A stretch of DNA of 64,000 nt from NCBI GenBank assembly GCA_010093605.1, contig MU004183.1:1116001-1180000 (forward strand), read 5' to 3'. The stretch is from Lophium mytilinum (taxonomy: Eukaryota). The notes under the pieces are model-generated. The model saw only the letters and a program-made list of their open reading frames with translations, ran no database searches and was not told the DNA's origin. The translations under genes were made by a program, and so were the position numbers. Shown piece after piece: positions 13,084-24,942 of this stretch (position 1 is the stretch's first letter; every line of letters begins with the position of its first letter).

Positions 13084-14060
13084 ATGGCGCCCATTCCTGA
13101 TCCTCCGGCGGAGGAGGGCATTTTTCATTACCAGCACGGCGACGATGTCCCAGCAGAAGTTCAAAAGTTCGTTATCCATCTCTACAAACGAGGAACTACT
13201 AACACGGGCTTAGATACTGGGCGCAGAGAGATACCATCTTCTCGGAGTACTCTAGGGGTATTTGGATGACCAACGATGCTTGGTTTGGTATCACGCCCGA
13301 ACCAGTGGCTAAGTATGGCCTTCGTACTCCTTGCTCTATCTCAAGCTCATTTTGTTAGCGCCATAGCAGAACATGTGTCAGATGGAGCGCCAAAGGAGAA
13401 GAAAGTAATCATTGACGCTTTCGCTGGCGCTGGTGGCAATGCCATTGCCTTTGCGTTGTCTGGCAGATGGGAGCAGGTGTTTGCCATCGAGAAAGACCCA
13501 GCTGTCCTCAAATGCGCAAAGCACAACGCAGAGATCTACGGGGTCGCAAAGAAGATCTGGTGGTATGAAGGAGACTGCTTTGAAATCCTCAAGACACGTC
13601 TTGCTCGTACCAAAGACGCCGTCGTCTATGCGAGTCCGCCCTGGGGAGGTGAGCTACGCTCCTTTCTCTAGATGGTGGATGATGTGCTAAGTATTTACAG
13701 GCCCTGGATACCGAGATGATAACGTCTTCAATCTCAAGACTATGGAGCCGTACAACCTCGACACTATTTACAGTGCATTCGCAAAGGTCACGCAAGATAT
13801 TGTGCTGTACCTACCCCGAACTTCGAATCTGAACCAGCTCGTCAGATATACCACGGAAGGCAGGAAGCTCGAAGTGGCGCATTACTGTCTCAAAGGAGCT
13901 AGCAAAGTATGTGGACTTGCCCAAGGGGTTTGATTCGGATTGCTAACTCTGAATGAAGGCTATATGCGTGTATTTCGGCGACTTCACGTTTGGATCGAAG
14001 GACGACGATGGGACTGCCGGTGAGACTACCGAAGGATCCGGGCTCCTCCAGTCGGAATGA
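13084..14060 (+). CDS. TGS1: Trimethylguanosine synthase (RNA cap methyltransferase)
   Basis: Spliced YWAQR...WFGITPEPVA, IIDAFAGAGGNAIAFA, YASPPWGGP, YLPRTSN; 4 introns; TGA 14058-14060. Confidence 0.93.
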
Positions 14061-14762
14061 ATGCTGTCCAGAGTAGGAAAACCTTCCTCGAGCTAGCACA
14101 CACCGATGGTGCCATACTCCGTCGCCGAAGCGTCAGGTCAGTCTGCAGTTGACAGCCTGCGTCAACCGAGGACCCGAGAGCACCAAAGTAGACGCAAACG
14201 GAATCTCGCTGGAAGTCGTACGGTAGTCCACCACTTGTAGGGACTAACTAGGATGTTGGTAAGAAGGGATACCTCAAAAGGTACGAGGAATGTAATGTTG
14301 TAGGCTTTGAAACGAGGGTCACAAAGGGATGCACGACTTCTAGGCTCCAACCAGATACCCAAGAATAAATGTGCCTACCTGCCAGCAAGCTTCTTGCCGC
14401 TCCGCAAAAATAGTGAATGATATAGAGCTTATGATCACGTGCTGATTGGATCGCCGCTAACCCCGGTCTTGGCCGTTTGCCATCTTCAATACATCAAACC
14501 CACGACATCACCTCCTCGCACCGCGGTCTGTTCGACGACCGCACCCAGAACACTACTCGAACCACACATTCCAAATCCTCCTGCCAACACGTTCCCCTAG
14601 CCTTTCCACTCTCGCTAGCCCACCTCACTTGCGCTGGCGACAGCTTCACCCCGTATTCTGCGCCGTCCTCCGTCGGGCCTGCGCTGCGCTGCCTGAACAC
14701 GCGCCCACTCCCACCCCAGTGGCGGGGTTCAACCTCCAGAACATACCACAACCACAGCAAGC

Positions 14763-17700
14763 ATGCCACACGCCGTCGGTGAAGAGGATCTCCAAGCGGA
14801 GCAGGATGATGAAGCTATCCGGAAGCTCCTCGCAGACGAGCACCAAGAAGATGCACTTGGCTTCCTGGCGCGGGACCTAGAAACAGGCGAGAAGGCAGAC
14901 GATGCTGTTGACTACGAAGATATCGCGGACGACGATCTTGCCGAGGACGAAGACGAGACCAACGGCAATCGCGTTAACGGCGATAATGAGGACGGCCTCG
15001 CCGGCCTGTTCTCAGACCCGATAGAGGACAATTTTGGTGACCTGTTTGGCGACGATGAACCCTCCACACTCCTCGATGACATCCCGCAAGATACCGCCCT
15101 CTTCAAGTCTAACATCTCGCTTGATACACAATCTGCCGCAAACGCAGGTACTGGCGCAACTGCGAGTGCGGGAAACGCTGACCAGCCGACTTTCCGGGAT
15201 GTTGATTACGGTATAGCGGATGATGACGAGGAGGAGGAGGAGGAAGAAGAGGAAGAAGAGGATGAGCAAACGCGGGAACAGCGTCGCTTGTTCGATATGT
15301 CTCGGCGAGACCACTCGGGCGTAGCAGACGTGCCGCCTACCGATGCTACAGATCCAGACTTTTTCGAACAGATGTGGCCTGACTTCGAGGAGGGGACTCC
15401 CTTGCGGTTTGCCAAAATTATACCACACAAGCGCGCCTTCTTCCTAGCCAAGACACCTCTGAAGCCGCCGAGGCCTATACAGCCAACCAAGGTGAATCTC
15501 GAGATTCAGCAGGATCAGGAGCGTAGTTTCAGGCTTCCGGAAAACCTCACAACGCGGAAGGCCGTTCCAAATGGCGATGCAGATGAGCGAGGCATAATTG
15601 TCATTACTGACGGGAAGCACGTGGTGGCCGATAATGATGGTGAAATAGATCTCGACAATTCCGATGATATAGACGAAGACGAGATGGTCGCAGGCGTTAA
15701 GTGGAAAGATTTGAGGGCCATTTGTCAGGATTGGGAAATTCCAAGCCCAGACACTTTGTCGAGCAATGGAGAGGAAGAAGCCTTTCCAGTTGATGAATTT
15801 TCGCCTGATAACGAATGGATCAAAGGCATGATCGCACCGCCAGAAAAGGTAAGACAAGTCGAAGACCTGGCAGATTCAATGCTAACCCTACATAGAAACG
15901 ACGGACTGGTGATCATGGAGGACTACCGCAACATGTTCCTATCTACGATAGGAGCCTTCCTTCGTTCGATGACTTTGCGGCGGCGACTGCTAAGATTGCG
16001 AGGAAGATTGTTCTAGACATGAACGATCATAGACTCCTCCTAGAAGAGCAACAGCCAGCTGTAGAGGCAAAGAAGCTCCGGGCGCTGGCCCCTACATCTA
16101 GGCGCGATGTCAGAGGGAAGCATGCCAACCCGATGAAACAGCGCTTCAACATCTCCAACGACGATGCCTATGATGCATTGAAAGAAAACCATCAACACAA
16201 AGTGCGAAGCACAATAGGGACTCTGGCTGTAGAGCACGGAATGCCTGCTTTGAGGCTGCAATATCCCTTCTACCAGATCACCCTGTCTGACAGAGAACTG
16301 CGCGCCTTCCATCGGCCAGCATTCCATTGCAAGCCGGGTGAACGAGCCAATTTCACCCCAAACAAAACCTTGAAGCGAAAGCGCTTCAAGAACTTAAAGC
16401 CACAGGCTATCTACGAGCGGGCAGAAGACTTGACGCTAGGTGACAACTCGACCATGCTCCTTTGCGAGTATTCTGAAGAGTATCCCATGATGTTATCCAA
16501 TCTCGGAATGGGCAACAAGTATGTCCATTACTATCGACGAAAGGACGAAGAGGACAACGCCCGCCCGAAGCATGACATAGGCGAGACTGCGGTGCTCCTC
16601 CCCCAAGATCAGAGTCCCTTTTCAGTCTTTGGCTATGTCGACCCCGGCCAGGAAGTGCCTGCTCTTCATAACTCGTTGTATCGTGCACCTATATTCCGAC
16701 ACGACCCTAGGTCTACCGACTTCTTGGTCTGCAGAAGCCAAACCGGCATAGAAGGTTCGAGGTGGTATCTCAGAAACATGGAGAATCTGCATGTTGTTGG
16801 TCAGCAACTGCCTTCGGTCGAGATTCCGGGAACTCATGCTCGAAAGGTTACTGAGATAAACAAGAAGCGACTGAAGGCGCTTGGGCTTCGGATGTACACG
16901 AAGAACAAGAACCGGAACGTCCGAGGCCCTTTCGCGAGTAACGAAATGATTAGAGATCATCTCCCCGGCACAGATATCGCCTCAAATCGGTCCAGGTTGA
17001 GGGATATTATGCAATACAACACGAATACAAAGTCATGGGAGCCGAAGGTCAATGAGTCCATCACGACAGAAGAGCAATTCCGGTCAATGATCAAGCCGGA
17101 AGAAATTTGTCTGATGGACGCTATGCAAGTCGGCGCTAGATACCTTGCCGACGCGGGTGAAAACACAGCCGAGTTGATGGACGTGAAGGAGGGGGATAAC
17201 ACAAACGATAGTATCGTGGCGAAACTGGTTCCATGGCAGATCACGAAGAACTTCCTGAGCGCGTGCCAGGGCAAGTCTATGGTGGAACTTCACGGCGAAG
17301 GTGATCCAACCGGTCGGGGTGAAGCATTCAGCTTCATCAGAACCTCGATGAAAGGTGGCTTCAAGGATGTGGGAGAGAGTCTTGAAGACAAATTGGATGC
17401 GAAGAAGATCAAAGAACTTGGAGGGCACAGCTACAATGTTGCCAGACAGCAGAATTCGTACGACAACGCCATCAAGCGTATATGGACCAAGCAACAAGAG
17501 AGCCTGTCGTCTACTTTGGAGCATTCCGATACCGAGATGGACGTTGATCATGTTGAGACGCAGCAAGCTCTTGGTCGCGGGATGACCCCTAGATCTGAGT
17601 ATGGGACGCCTGCGGCGTTCCTTCGGGATGATGAGAGTCACATCAGCAGAATGAGCAACAACAGCCAGTCGATCAAAAACAAGGTTCTAAAGATCACTCG

Positions 17701-18385
17701 CAGGATTAGGAACGAAGATGGCGAGAGTGATGAGGAGGAAGTCATCGTTCGGGATCCCAAGGTCATTTCACTGTACCGCAATCGGAGACATCAACAACAG
17801 TTGGATGACACACTGAAGTACGTTTTCGATGTTTACTGTTGATTGACCTTCACTAACAGACTCTAGGAACATCGAACAGCTGAGGCCGTCGGGTAATCCC
17901 GAGGAGGATAATATCAAGAAGATGACGTATGTTTCCTACTACAATGCTTTATATCATTACTGACGTCTATCTAGGCTCCTCTCAGAACTCGCTAGACTGG
18001 AGCGCAATGTCGAGCGACGACAAGGCCGAGAGAAGGCTAAGAATATGAGCGCGGTGGCAGTGTCCAATGCTGCTACACCGGGATCTCCATCAGCGGGTGC
18101 CCCGAAGACGACTCAACGTAAATGTGCGAATTGCGGAATGGTCGGTCATATCAAGACGAACAAAAAGTATGTCCCCTTTTCTTCTCTTGTCGGACTCCTT
18201 GTCCGACACTTGATAGTGGGGAGTGTGATTACTAACGCGGCATTCCTAGACTTTGTCCTCAGCTCAACGGCACAGCAACCAGACAGAGTGATGCATTTGA
18301 CAGTACGACAGCATTCGCATCTCCAATTGCCGCGACGCCTTCCTCATCACTGGCGCTGGCTCCGGCTGCAGGCTCACCGTTCTGA
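14763..18385 (+). CDS. TAF1: TFIID subunit 1 (TAF1), multi-exon
   Basis: GEKADDAVDYEDI TAND motif, RFNISNDDAYD, EYSEEYP, GEGDPTGRGEAFSF, zinc knuckle RKCANCGMVGHIKTNKKLCP; TGA 18383-18385. Confidence 0.95.
15228..15260 (+). repeat. (GAG/GAA)n trinucleotide run encoding poly-Glu in TAF1
   Basis: gaggaggaggaggaggaagaagaggaagaagag. Confidence 0.8.
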
Positions 18386-19544
18386 GTGATCTCGATGCGC
18401 TTAGGTGGATTTCAGGACTATGGAGGGCTGCTAAGAAATTTTGCTTGCATCGGGTAGGCGTTATGGAAACTCTACGGAGATGTCTCCTTCTTTCAGCATG
18501 CATAGCGATCCCGGGAAAATGGGAGGGAGTAAAGGTTTGGGGCTTGGCGTGCAAGCTATGGAGACGGGCTCGAGCGTTTGCCGGGCACCACATTGATATG
18601 CGCAAGCGCTAGGTTAGGCCAGCTACAGCGACTGTCAGAGTATTCGCTCTACATGTAGGTTGCGCCGTTGGCGTGATGGTCTTCGCCGCTAGGGGCTTAG
18701 CTAGTGAAGAGAAATAATTAGGTATAGGATGAATATCATTGTACCGACCCTTCGATGCGACAAACGTGAGTCAACGAGACGAAAGCCACAGCGCTACGTT
18801 AACTCAAAACTCTACTATGGTGTAATGCAAGAAGTATTTCGCCGATGGAGGCACGAGATGGAAGGAGGTCAAGGGAACAACTATATGACCAAGAAAATTC
18901 ACGAAGCATGCGTAGTTTAAGGCTAGGTACATACATACATGCCTCTACCTAGACATGTGTAATAGAAGAATCGAAGACGAAATCATCAGGCACGGAAAAA
19001 GGCCAGCGCACACGTCTAAGAAGGGTGTTGGCTGAGGCTGTAAAGAGACGTGACGAAGATCAAAACAACACGCACCCATAACATGGGAGATCGCAAAACG
19101 GCACAGCACCAAGGCAGACACGCGGGGCATCAAAGCAATGAGTCACGCGTTCTAGAGGCGCAGGTGGTTCAGCGTTCCCGGGTGCCCTACCGAAGTACAC
19201 GTAGGCAACAGGACTCGAGAGGTGAGGAAATGGGCGAAGCTACGAGAAAGAAGAGCGTCAGCTGGCAGGTGTTGAGGTTTTAAGGTGTGCACGGCCTCTT
19301 AGCTGGTGTTGGCCCTCGCGTATCGAGAATTGCATGCGAGACGGGACCCCCTGGTAGCGTGGTGATCCGGTGCTGGCCCAAGTCATGTGCCGACTATTTA
19401 AACTGAGAAGCCCCCGCGCGCCGCGCCCTCCCCAAGAGCTCCTCTGAACCTTCGTCGTCTCCACCACCATAATTCTGCCTATCCGTCTCGACCGTCTTAC
19501 ACATCGCCTTCCCAGCAATAATCAGTATCCAATCACTATTCACA

Positions 19545-20771
19545 ATGCCTCCCAAGAAGTCTACCGCCGCCGCTCCCAAGAAGGCCGCCGCCGCCGCTCC
19601 CGCCCATGGCAGCTACCAAGGTATGTCGCTCATTATCGCACCACGCAACGCTCGCGCAAGCTGCGTGGCTGTTCCATCGTGATCGCCGCTCAATACTGAC
19701 TATGCCCTATAGATATGGTTAAGGAAGCTATCCTCAACGTAAGTCTACGATTTCCGGCGCATCACGACCACCCCGCTCGAGATTGCGACCGAACACATGT
19801 CGCGTCACTTCCTCCTCCACCACGCCACCCTACCAAACTCTCTAAGCTATTGAATTGAGTACTGACTTGTTCTTCTCCTCTTTCAGCTTAAGGAACGCAA
19901 TGGAAGCAGGTTAGTTCCCATAGTTTATCATTCTGTTGTTGTTCGCGGCGCCACGTCACTTGCCGTCACTGAGAAACATCTGCTGACCCGATTCCTCTGC
20001 AGCCGCCAGGCCATCAAGAAGTACATCCAGGCCAACAACAACCTCGGCGGCACCACTGAAGCCATGTTCACAAGCCACTTGAACCGCGCTATCTTGTCTG
20101 GCGAGAAGAGCAATGATTTCGCTCGCCCGAAGGGTCAGTCATTCCACACCTTCCCGCCCATCTCTTTTGTTTACTACCTTTTCTACGCGTTCATTCTCTC
20201 AACTCTTCATCCTTGCTATTGATCTGCTGTCGGGCTGAATCATTTCCTCGGGACTGTGTTCTGTTGATCGCTGCAAACATGTAACTAACATACCTCTCAG
20301 GTCCTTCCGGTCCCGTGAAGCTTGCGAAAAAGGAGGCTAAGCCCGCTGCTGCCAAACCTGCCGCCAAACCTGCTGCGGCAAAGAAGGTGGCTGCTAAGCC
20401 AGCGGCGAAGGTATGTTCGCATTGCTGATGTCATTGTCGTGACTGGGGTCTGACATGGATAACAGAAGGCATCCGCCACCAAGGCTCCAGCCAAGAAGCC
20501 CGCCGCAAAGAAGGTTGCTGCGAAGAAGGCTCCCGCAGCGAAAAAGGTCGCAGCTAAGCCCAAGGCCAACGCTGGCCGTCCACGAAAGACCGCCCAGCCT
20601 GCACCCGCCGTCGTTGAACCCAAGACCATTCTAAGCAAGACCAAGTCCGGTCGAGTAACCAAGACCAAGGCTCCTGCTGTCACGAAGCCCGCAAAGAAGG
20701 CCGCCACCAAGAAGGCGCCGGCGAAGAAGGCAACTCCCAAGAAGGCCACCCCTAAGAAGGCTGCAGCATGA
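19545..20771 (+). CDS. hhoA: Histone H1 (linker histone), 6 exons
   Basis: MPPKKSTAAAPKK...SYQ|DMVKEAILN|LKERNGSS|RQAIKKYIQANN...|GPSGPVKLAKK and a K/A/P-rich tail; introns 19621-19712, 19739-19886, 19910-20002, 20134-20300, 20411-20465. Confidence 0.96.
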
Positions 20772-21660
20772 GCGGGGGACAATGCTGTCCTTCTTCATTT
20801 CTCAGGTCTCGAACCATCCTTCATAGGCGACGGTCGGTAGGCGTCCGGCGGATACTTCGGACGGGCGGGGCTTCTTGTGTGATATCCATTTCTTTTGGTT
20901 TAACGGTCGAAATTCGGGGAACTATCTACCTTCTAGCCTCGAAAGTGTAGCGCGTAATGGTGGCGATTCTTCCTTGCCATTTACTACCTCAATCATCACT
21001 GCGAGGCGGGGGCTCTGGTACTAAGGTGTGGGCGGCGTTCACGGGGAGTTGGTTGCATGTTCATGTCACGATTGATTTACTGGGTGGGAAACGGGAACTT
21101 TATGAGGGCGGGCTCGGCGAGTGTGTCTGGCGAGCTGGGGTAGAGAACATAAATAGCATCGCTTCGTTGAAAATTCGAAACCGGTTGCTTCGTTAATATT
21201 CAGTCTCGTTTGTTGTGATTTTCGTTTGCGTCGCGTCGTAGTTCTGAGGTCAAAACAACGCGCTCTCTTGGCGAAGTTGGGATCCACAGTTTGTATGGCT
21301 CGTGCTGAGATCGATTACTATTGGACAGTGGCCTTATCTGTGGCTGTTATTTCCACTTCGTTAGAGCTCGCAGCTCCGCCATTTTCCCTTGCTTCTTACC
21401 CTCACGTTCTTCTAATCCGTGATCACGACGACTTGGATCTAAATAACGAAAACATGAATGATGGTGAAAAATGAACAGAGTTCAGTTCGTAACTTCTTAA
21501 GTGATTGATTTGTGTTCAATCTGTATCTCTTCAAAGCTTTTGGGAACTTGGTCGATTGATCACGGTATCGTTTGCCTCACCGCTTATATCCTTCTCTCGC
21601 TCATACCTTTATATCGTGTAATTCCTCGCCGCTATCTCCCTTCGGGGCGCTGCGCAATTG

Positions 21661-21671
21661 TGGCGTAGTGA
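21661..21671 (+). promoter_or_regulatory. Pol III A-box-like element
   Basis: TGGCGTAGTGA against consensus TRGCNNAGYGG. Confidence 0.6.
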
Positions 21672-21763
21672 CCGCTGACCTTACAGCGGAGGCTGGTACA
21701 TACGCCAGCTTGAAAAAACCCCTTGCGCGCAATATGGGGTTTTTAGTAGGGCTTCGGCCCGAC

Positions 21764-21771
21764 TTTTTTTT
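21764..21771 (+). terminator. Pol III oligo-dT terminator
   Basis: T8 directly after the terminal GGGC-UUCG-GCCC hairpin. Confidence 0.65.
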
Positions 21772-21788
21772 GTCTCTCACTCACTATG

Positions 21789-21798
21789 GGTTCGATAC
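21789..21798 (+). promoter_or_regulatory. Pol III B-box-like element downstream of the terminator
   Basis: GGTTCGATAC matches GTTCRANNC. Confidence 0.6.
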
Positions 21799-22422
21799 GT
21801 ACTGTGTCTATTCTCCAAAAATATTTTTATCTTTTTGATGGTGATTCGTTTGGTCAAGATTAGACCTTGCTCGCTCTCTTGGCCACCGCTTACACTATCT
21901 CGTAGACTGGACTACTTCCCCTTCTAAAGCGCCCCTTGTACCGATGTCTCAGAATATTCGCCATCATGAATAATGTACGTAGGTATATTTGTTCTCTGCA
22001 TAGATAACGGGTTGCCAAGCACCCATAACCATTGTACATTTATAGTGCATTTTGACGCCATCCACTATATGTTTCCCAGGACCAGCATCTCAGAAGACAC
22101 CTTATCTAACCCCAATGCTTGGTACATTTCATCCAGGCAGGTGTACGACGACGACTTAACGGAGGTAGAACCAAAGAAGAAGGCGATAAGGTTAGCGAGG
22201 TTCTCGAGGCGGACTAATCATAAATAGGAAACACAGTGAACTACCGTGCTTGGCACATAATGCAAACAAGCATTGGGGGATCACCTGTCAATTATGGGGG
22301 AAGAATAAGCTTGGTACGATGAGAAGTGAAACGTGTGTATATAGATCTTTCACCCGCTGTTGTTCCTGGAAACGGCGTGCTTTACCCTCTTGCTCTCTCA
22401 CACCCGTTACCTTCTAGCCAAT

Positions 22423-23859
22423 ATGAGGTATTTCCTCGTCGCGTATATGATCCTTCCGATCACTGTTGTGCTTGCTGATCTCTTGCCTGTCCAATTCAAG
22501 GCACCAACCGCTGCACATTTTCGAGACATCGTTCGCAACGACACTTTCGATTTTGGCTGTAGACCGATTGCTCATCCTACCGATGACGGACAGTTCACGC
22601 TGCATGCTCTGCTTACCGAGGAGCAGATTGCTCATGTCACCAAAGAGTATGCGTCCATGCCGGAGCTCTCCGTCCACAGGCAGCTGGTCAAGAGAGCGGC
22701 CACCGCACCTATCGGAACTGGAGATCGATTCAAGTCTGGCACTGTGGCCCCTATTGGCCTTGGAACAAAGGCTTCAGGGACGACAATCAGCAGTATCATG
22801 AATGTTGCAGAGATCAGCTCGGCAGTCCTAGGCCTTGTCAATACCTACAGCGTCACCTCTATTACTCTACCCTACAAGACTTTTAACGGCGCGACCCAAT
22901 CCGCCGCTTATGTTGGCGCCGGCTCGGACAAGTCAAAGTACCACCTCTATCTGAGCGCTGGTGTGCACGCCCGCGAACGAGGTGGTCCCGATCAACTCAT
23001 CTACTGGATCTCCGATCTGCTAGCTGCGAATAGCAGTGGGAGCGGTCTTTCCTACGGCAAGAAGACCTATACCAACGCACAAGTAAAGAGCGTTCTCAGC
23101 GCTGGCATCGTCTTCTTCCCTCTCGTGAACCCGGATGGCGTCACCTACGACCAATCATCCGGGTCCTTGTGGCGCAAGAACAGGAATACCAAGTCCGGCT
23201 CCAGTGGCTCTTCAGTCGGCGTCGACATCAACCGCAACTTCGACTTCCTCTGGAACTTCCGCAAATACTTCGACTCGTCCGAATCTCCGGCTTCGACCTC
23301 GCCAAGCTCAGAGACATTCTACGGGACGGCAGCCGCATCGGAGTCGGAAACTAAGAACATGGTGTCTGTTTACGATTCGTTTCCTAAGATCCGCTGGTTC
23401 ATGGACATCCACTCTGCGGCTGGCGATCTCCTCTACAGCTGGGGCGACGACGACGACCAGAGCACTACCACGACGATGAACTTCCTCAACGCCGCCTACG
23501 ACGGCAAGCGCGGGGTTGTCGATGACTCGGTTTACAAGGAGTACATCCCATCGACCGACGCAACGAATGTCAAGAATGTTGCTGCCAAGACTATCGCCGC
23601 GATGAAGGCCGTGGGCGGCCGTTCTTACACGACCATGCAAGCGGTGGGCCTGTATCCTACTTCTGGGGCGAGTGACGACTACGCATTCAGCAGATATTGG
23701 GCGAAGAGTGGGGTTAACAAGGTCTATGGCTACACGATGGAGTTTGGGTACTCGACAAACTTTTACCCCACCCTCACGGAGTTTAATGAGAATATCCTCG
23801 ACACGAATGCTGGGTTCATGGACTGGGCGTTGGCTGCTATTAGCGTTGGCCTCGAGTGA
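22423..23859 (+). CDS. Secreted zinc carboxypeptidase, family M14 (prepro-enzyme), intronless
   Basis: Signal peptide MRYFLVAYMILPITVVLA, KR site, HARE, NPDG, WRKNR, VDINRNF, DIHS, SGASDDY, MEFG. Confidence 0.92.
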   Translation: MRYFLVAYMILPITVVLADLLPVQFKAPTAAHFRDIVRNDTFDFGCRPIAHPTDDGQFTLHALLTEEQIAHVTKEYASMPELSVHRQLVKRAATAPIGTGDRFKSGTVAPIGLGTKASGTTISSIMNVAEISSAVLGLVNTYSVTSITLPYKTFNGATQSAAYVGAGSDKSKYHLYLSAGVHARERGGPDQLIYWISDLLAANSSGSGLSYGKKTYTNAQVKSVLSAGIVFFPLVNPDGVTYDQSSGSLWRKNRNTKSGSSGSSVGVDINRNFDFLWNFRKYFDSSESPASTSPSSETFYGTAAASESETKNMVSVYDSFPKIRWFMDIHSAAGDLLYSWGDDDDQSTTTTMNFLNAAYDGKRGVVDDSVYKEYIPSTDATNVKNVAAKTIAAMKAVGGRSYTTMQAVGLYPTSGASDDYAFSRYWAKSGVNKVYGYTMEFGYSTNFYPTLTEFNENILDTNAGFMDWALAAISVGLE

Positions 23860-24942
23860 AACCGGGGGCTTGATAGTATGGGGTAGTGCGCCAGATCGGT
23901 GGTCATTATTGCAGTGGATCGTCAGTGCAATAGGCTTGATTGAAAGTAATGACAAAGGACAGAGTAACGTATTCCCACAATACTCATGAGGCCAAAGTAG
24001 GAATTCGAGTATGTTTGAAAATGAGAGCTGAATCGAGAAGGGAACGGACAGATGGAGCTGAATGTGCAATTTATGGTGGTGCTGACAACGCCGTAAAGAC
24101 GTGGCTCCAGGACGTGGTAATTTCGGACTAGGATGATTTCGACTCAGATGTGCCTTTGCCTCTGTAGCGTCAGATTGAAAAGCAGGCGTGAAGTGCCCGA
24201 AGTGCTTGATAGGATCAAGACACTGAATGCTTCGTTGAGTCCCGATATCAGAAGTAGGCATGGTGTCCTTCCTCACGACGCAGCAGGGGAGGCTATTTTT
24301 GCTCTGGACCCAGCAATCGGATTCTCTGGCAGGGCTGCACACCCGCCGCCACCGTGCTGGCAGGGCGGTACTACCGGCCGCCAAAGTCTCTGTGGCATGG
24401 TTTGGCCCCTGAGGCGCGCGCTGGAAGACGGCTTTAGTGGACGAACTGTCAGCGCCCTCGCGACTCACGGGAGCCGGATCGGGCGGGGAGTAGCCGCGTT
24501 GACTCAGCTGTGTGTGCCAGTGTGCCGTGGATGCGAGAAGGAAATGAGAAATTCGCACTCAGCCACGGCCAGGACAGCCCCCTATGGTGCGGAGGCCTCC
24601 CAAGCTTCCAGGTTGTCGTGGTCTTGGCATCTAGGCGCGGCATCTCGGACGCCGCTTTGTTTCTGCCAGTCTGCCCAGCAACGCTCGCTGTGAAGGGCAT
24701 CCCGTCTCTCACACGCCCTCGAAACTGTCCTCGCCATTCTTGCCTGAGCACCTATTCCCCGCCGTCTAATCCCAAATCTTCCCCTCCGCCCTCGAACTTG
24801 TGCGCCCCGACCAGCTCGCCCAGTGCGCTGCCAATTGCCCGAGAGCCTGCAAGCCGTTTGACGACACCCCATCGACGAGCCCGCCCCGGGCAGCGTCTAC
24901 CGCCCAAAGCCACCCCATGAGCCGATGCTGCATTCCCTCGAC

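Larger units (their letters stand above)
21634..21771 (+). ncRNA. Unidentified structured small RNA, probably Pol III-transcribed
   Basis: Six adjacent hairpins with G-U pairs, two cUUCGg tetraloops, a T8 run at 21764-21771, A box TGGCGTAGTG and downstream B box GGTTCGATAC; 5' end approximate. Confidence 0.75.

Noticed and set aside
20297..20782. 161-aa hydrophobic minus-strand ORF
   Set aside because: Antisense shadow of the Lys/Ala-rich H1 tail
23308..24558. 416-codon minus-strand ORF
   Set aside because: Overlaps the carboxypeptidase antisense, has no recognisable motif and does not start at ATG
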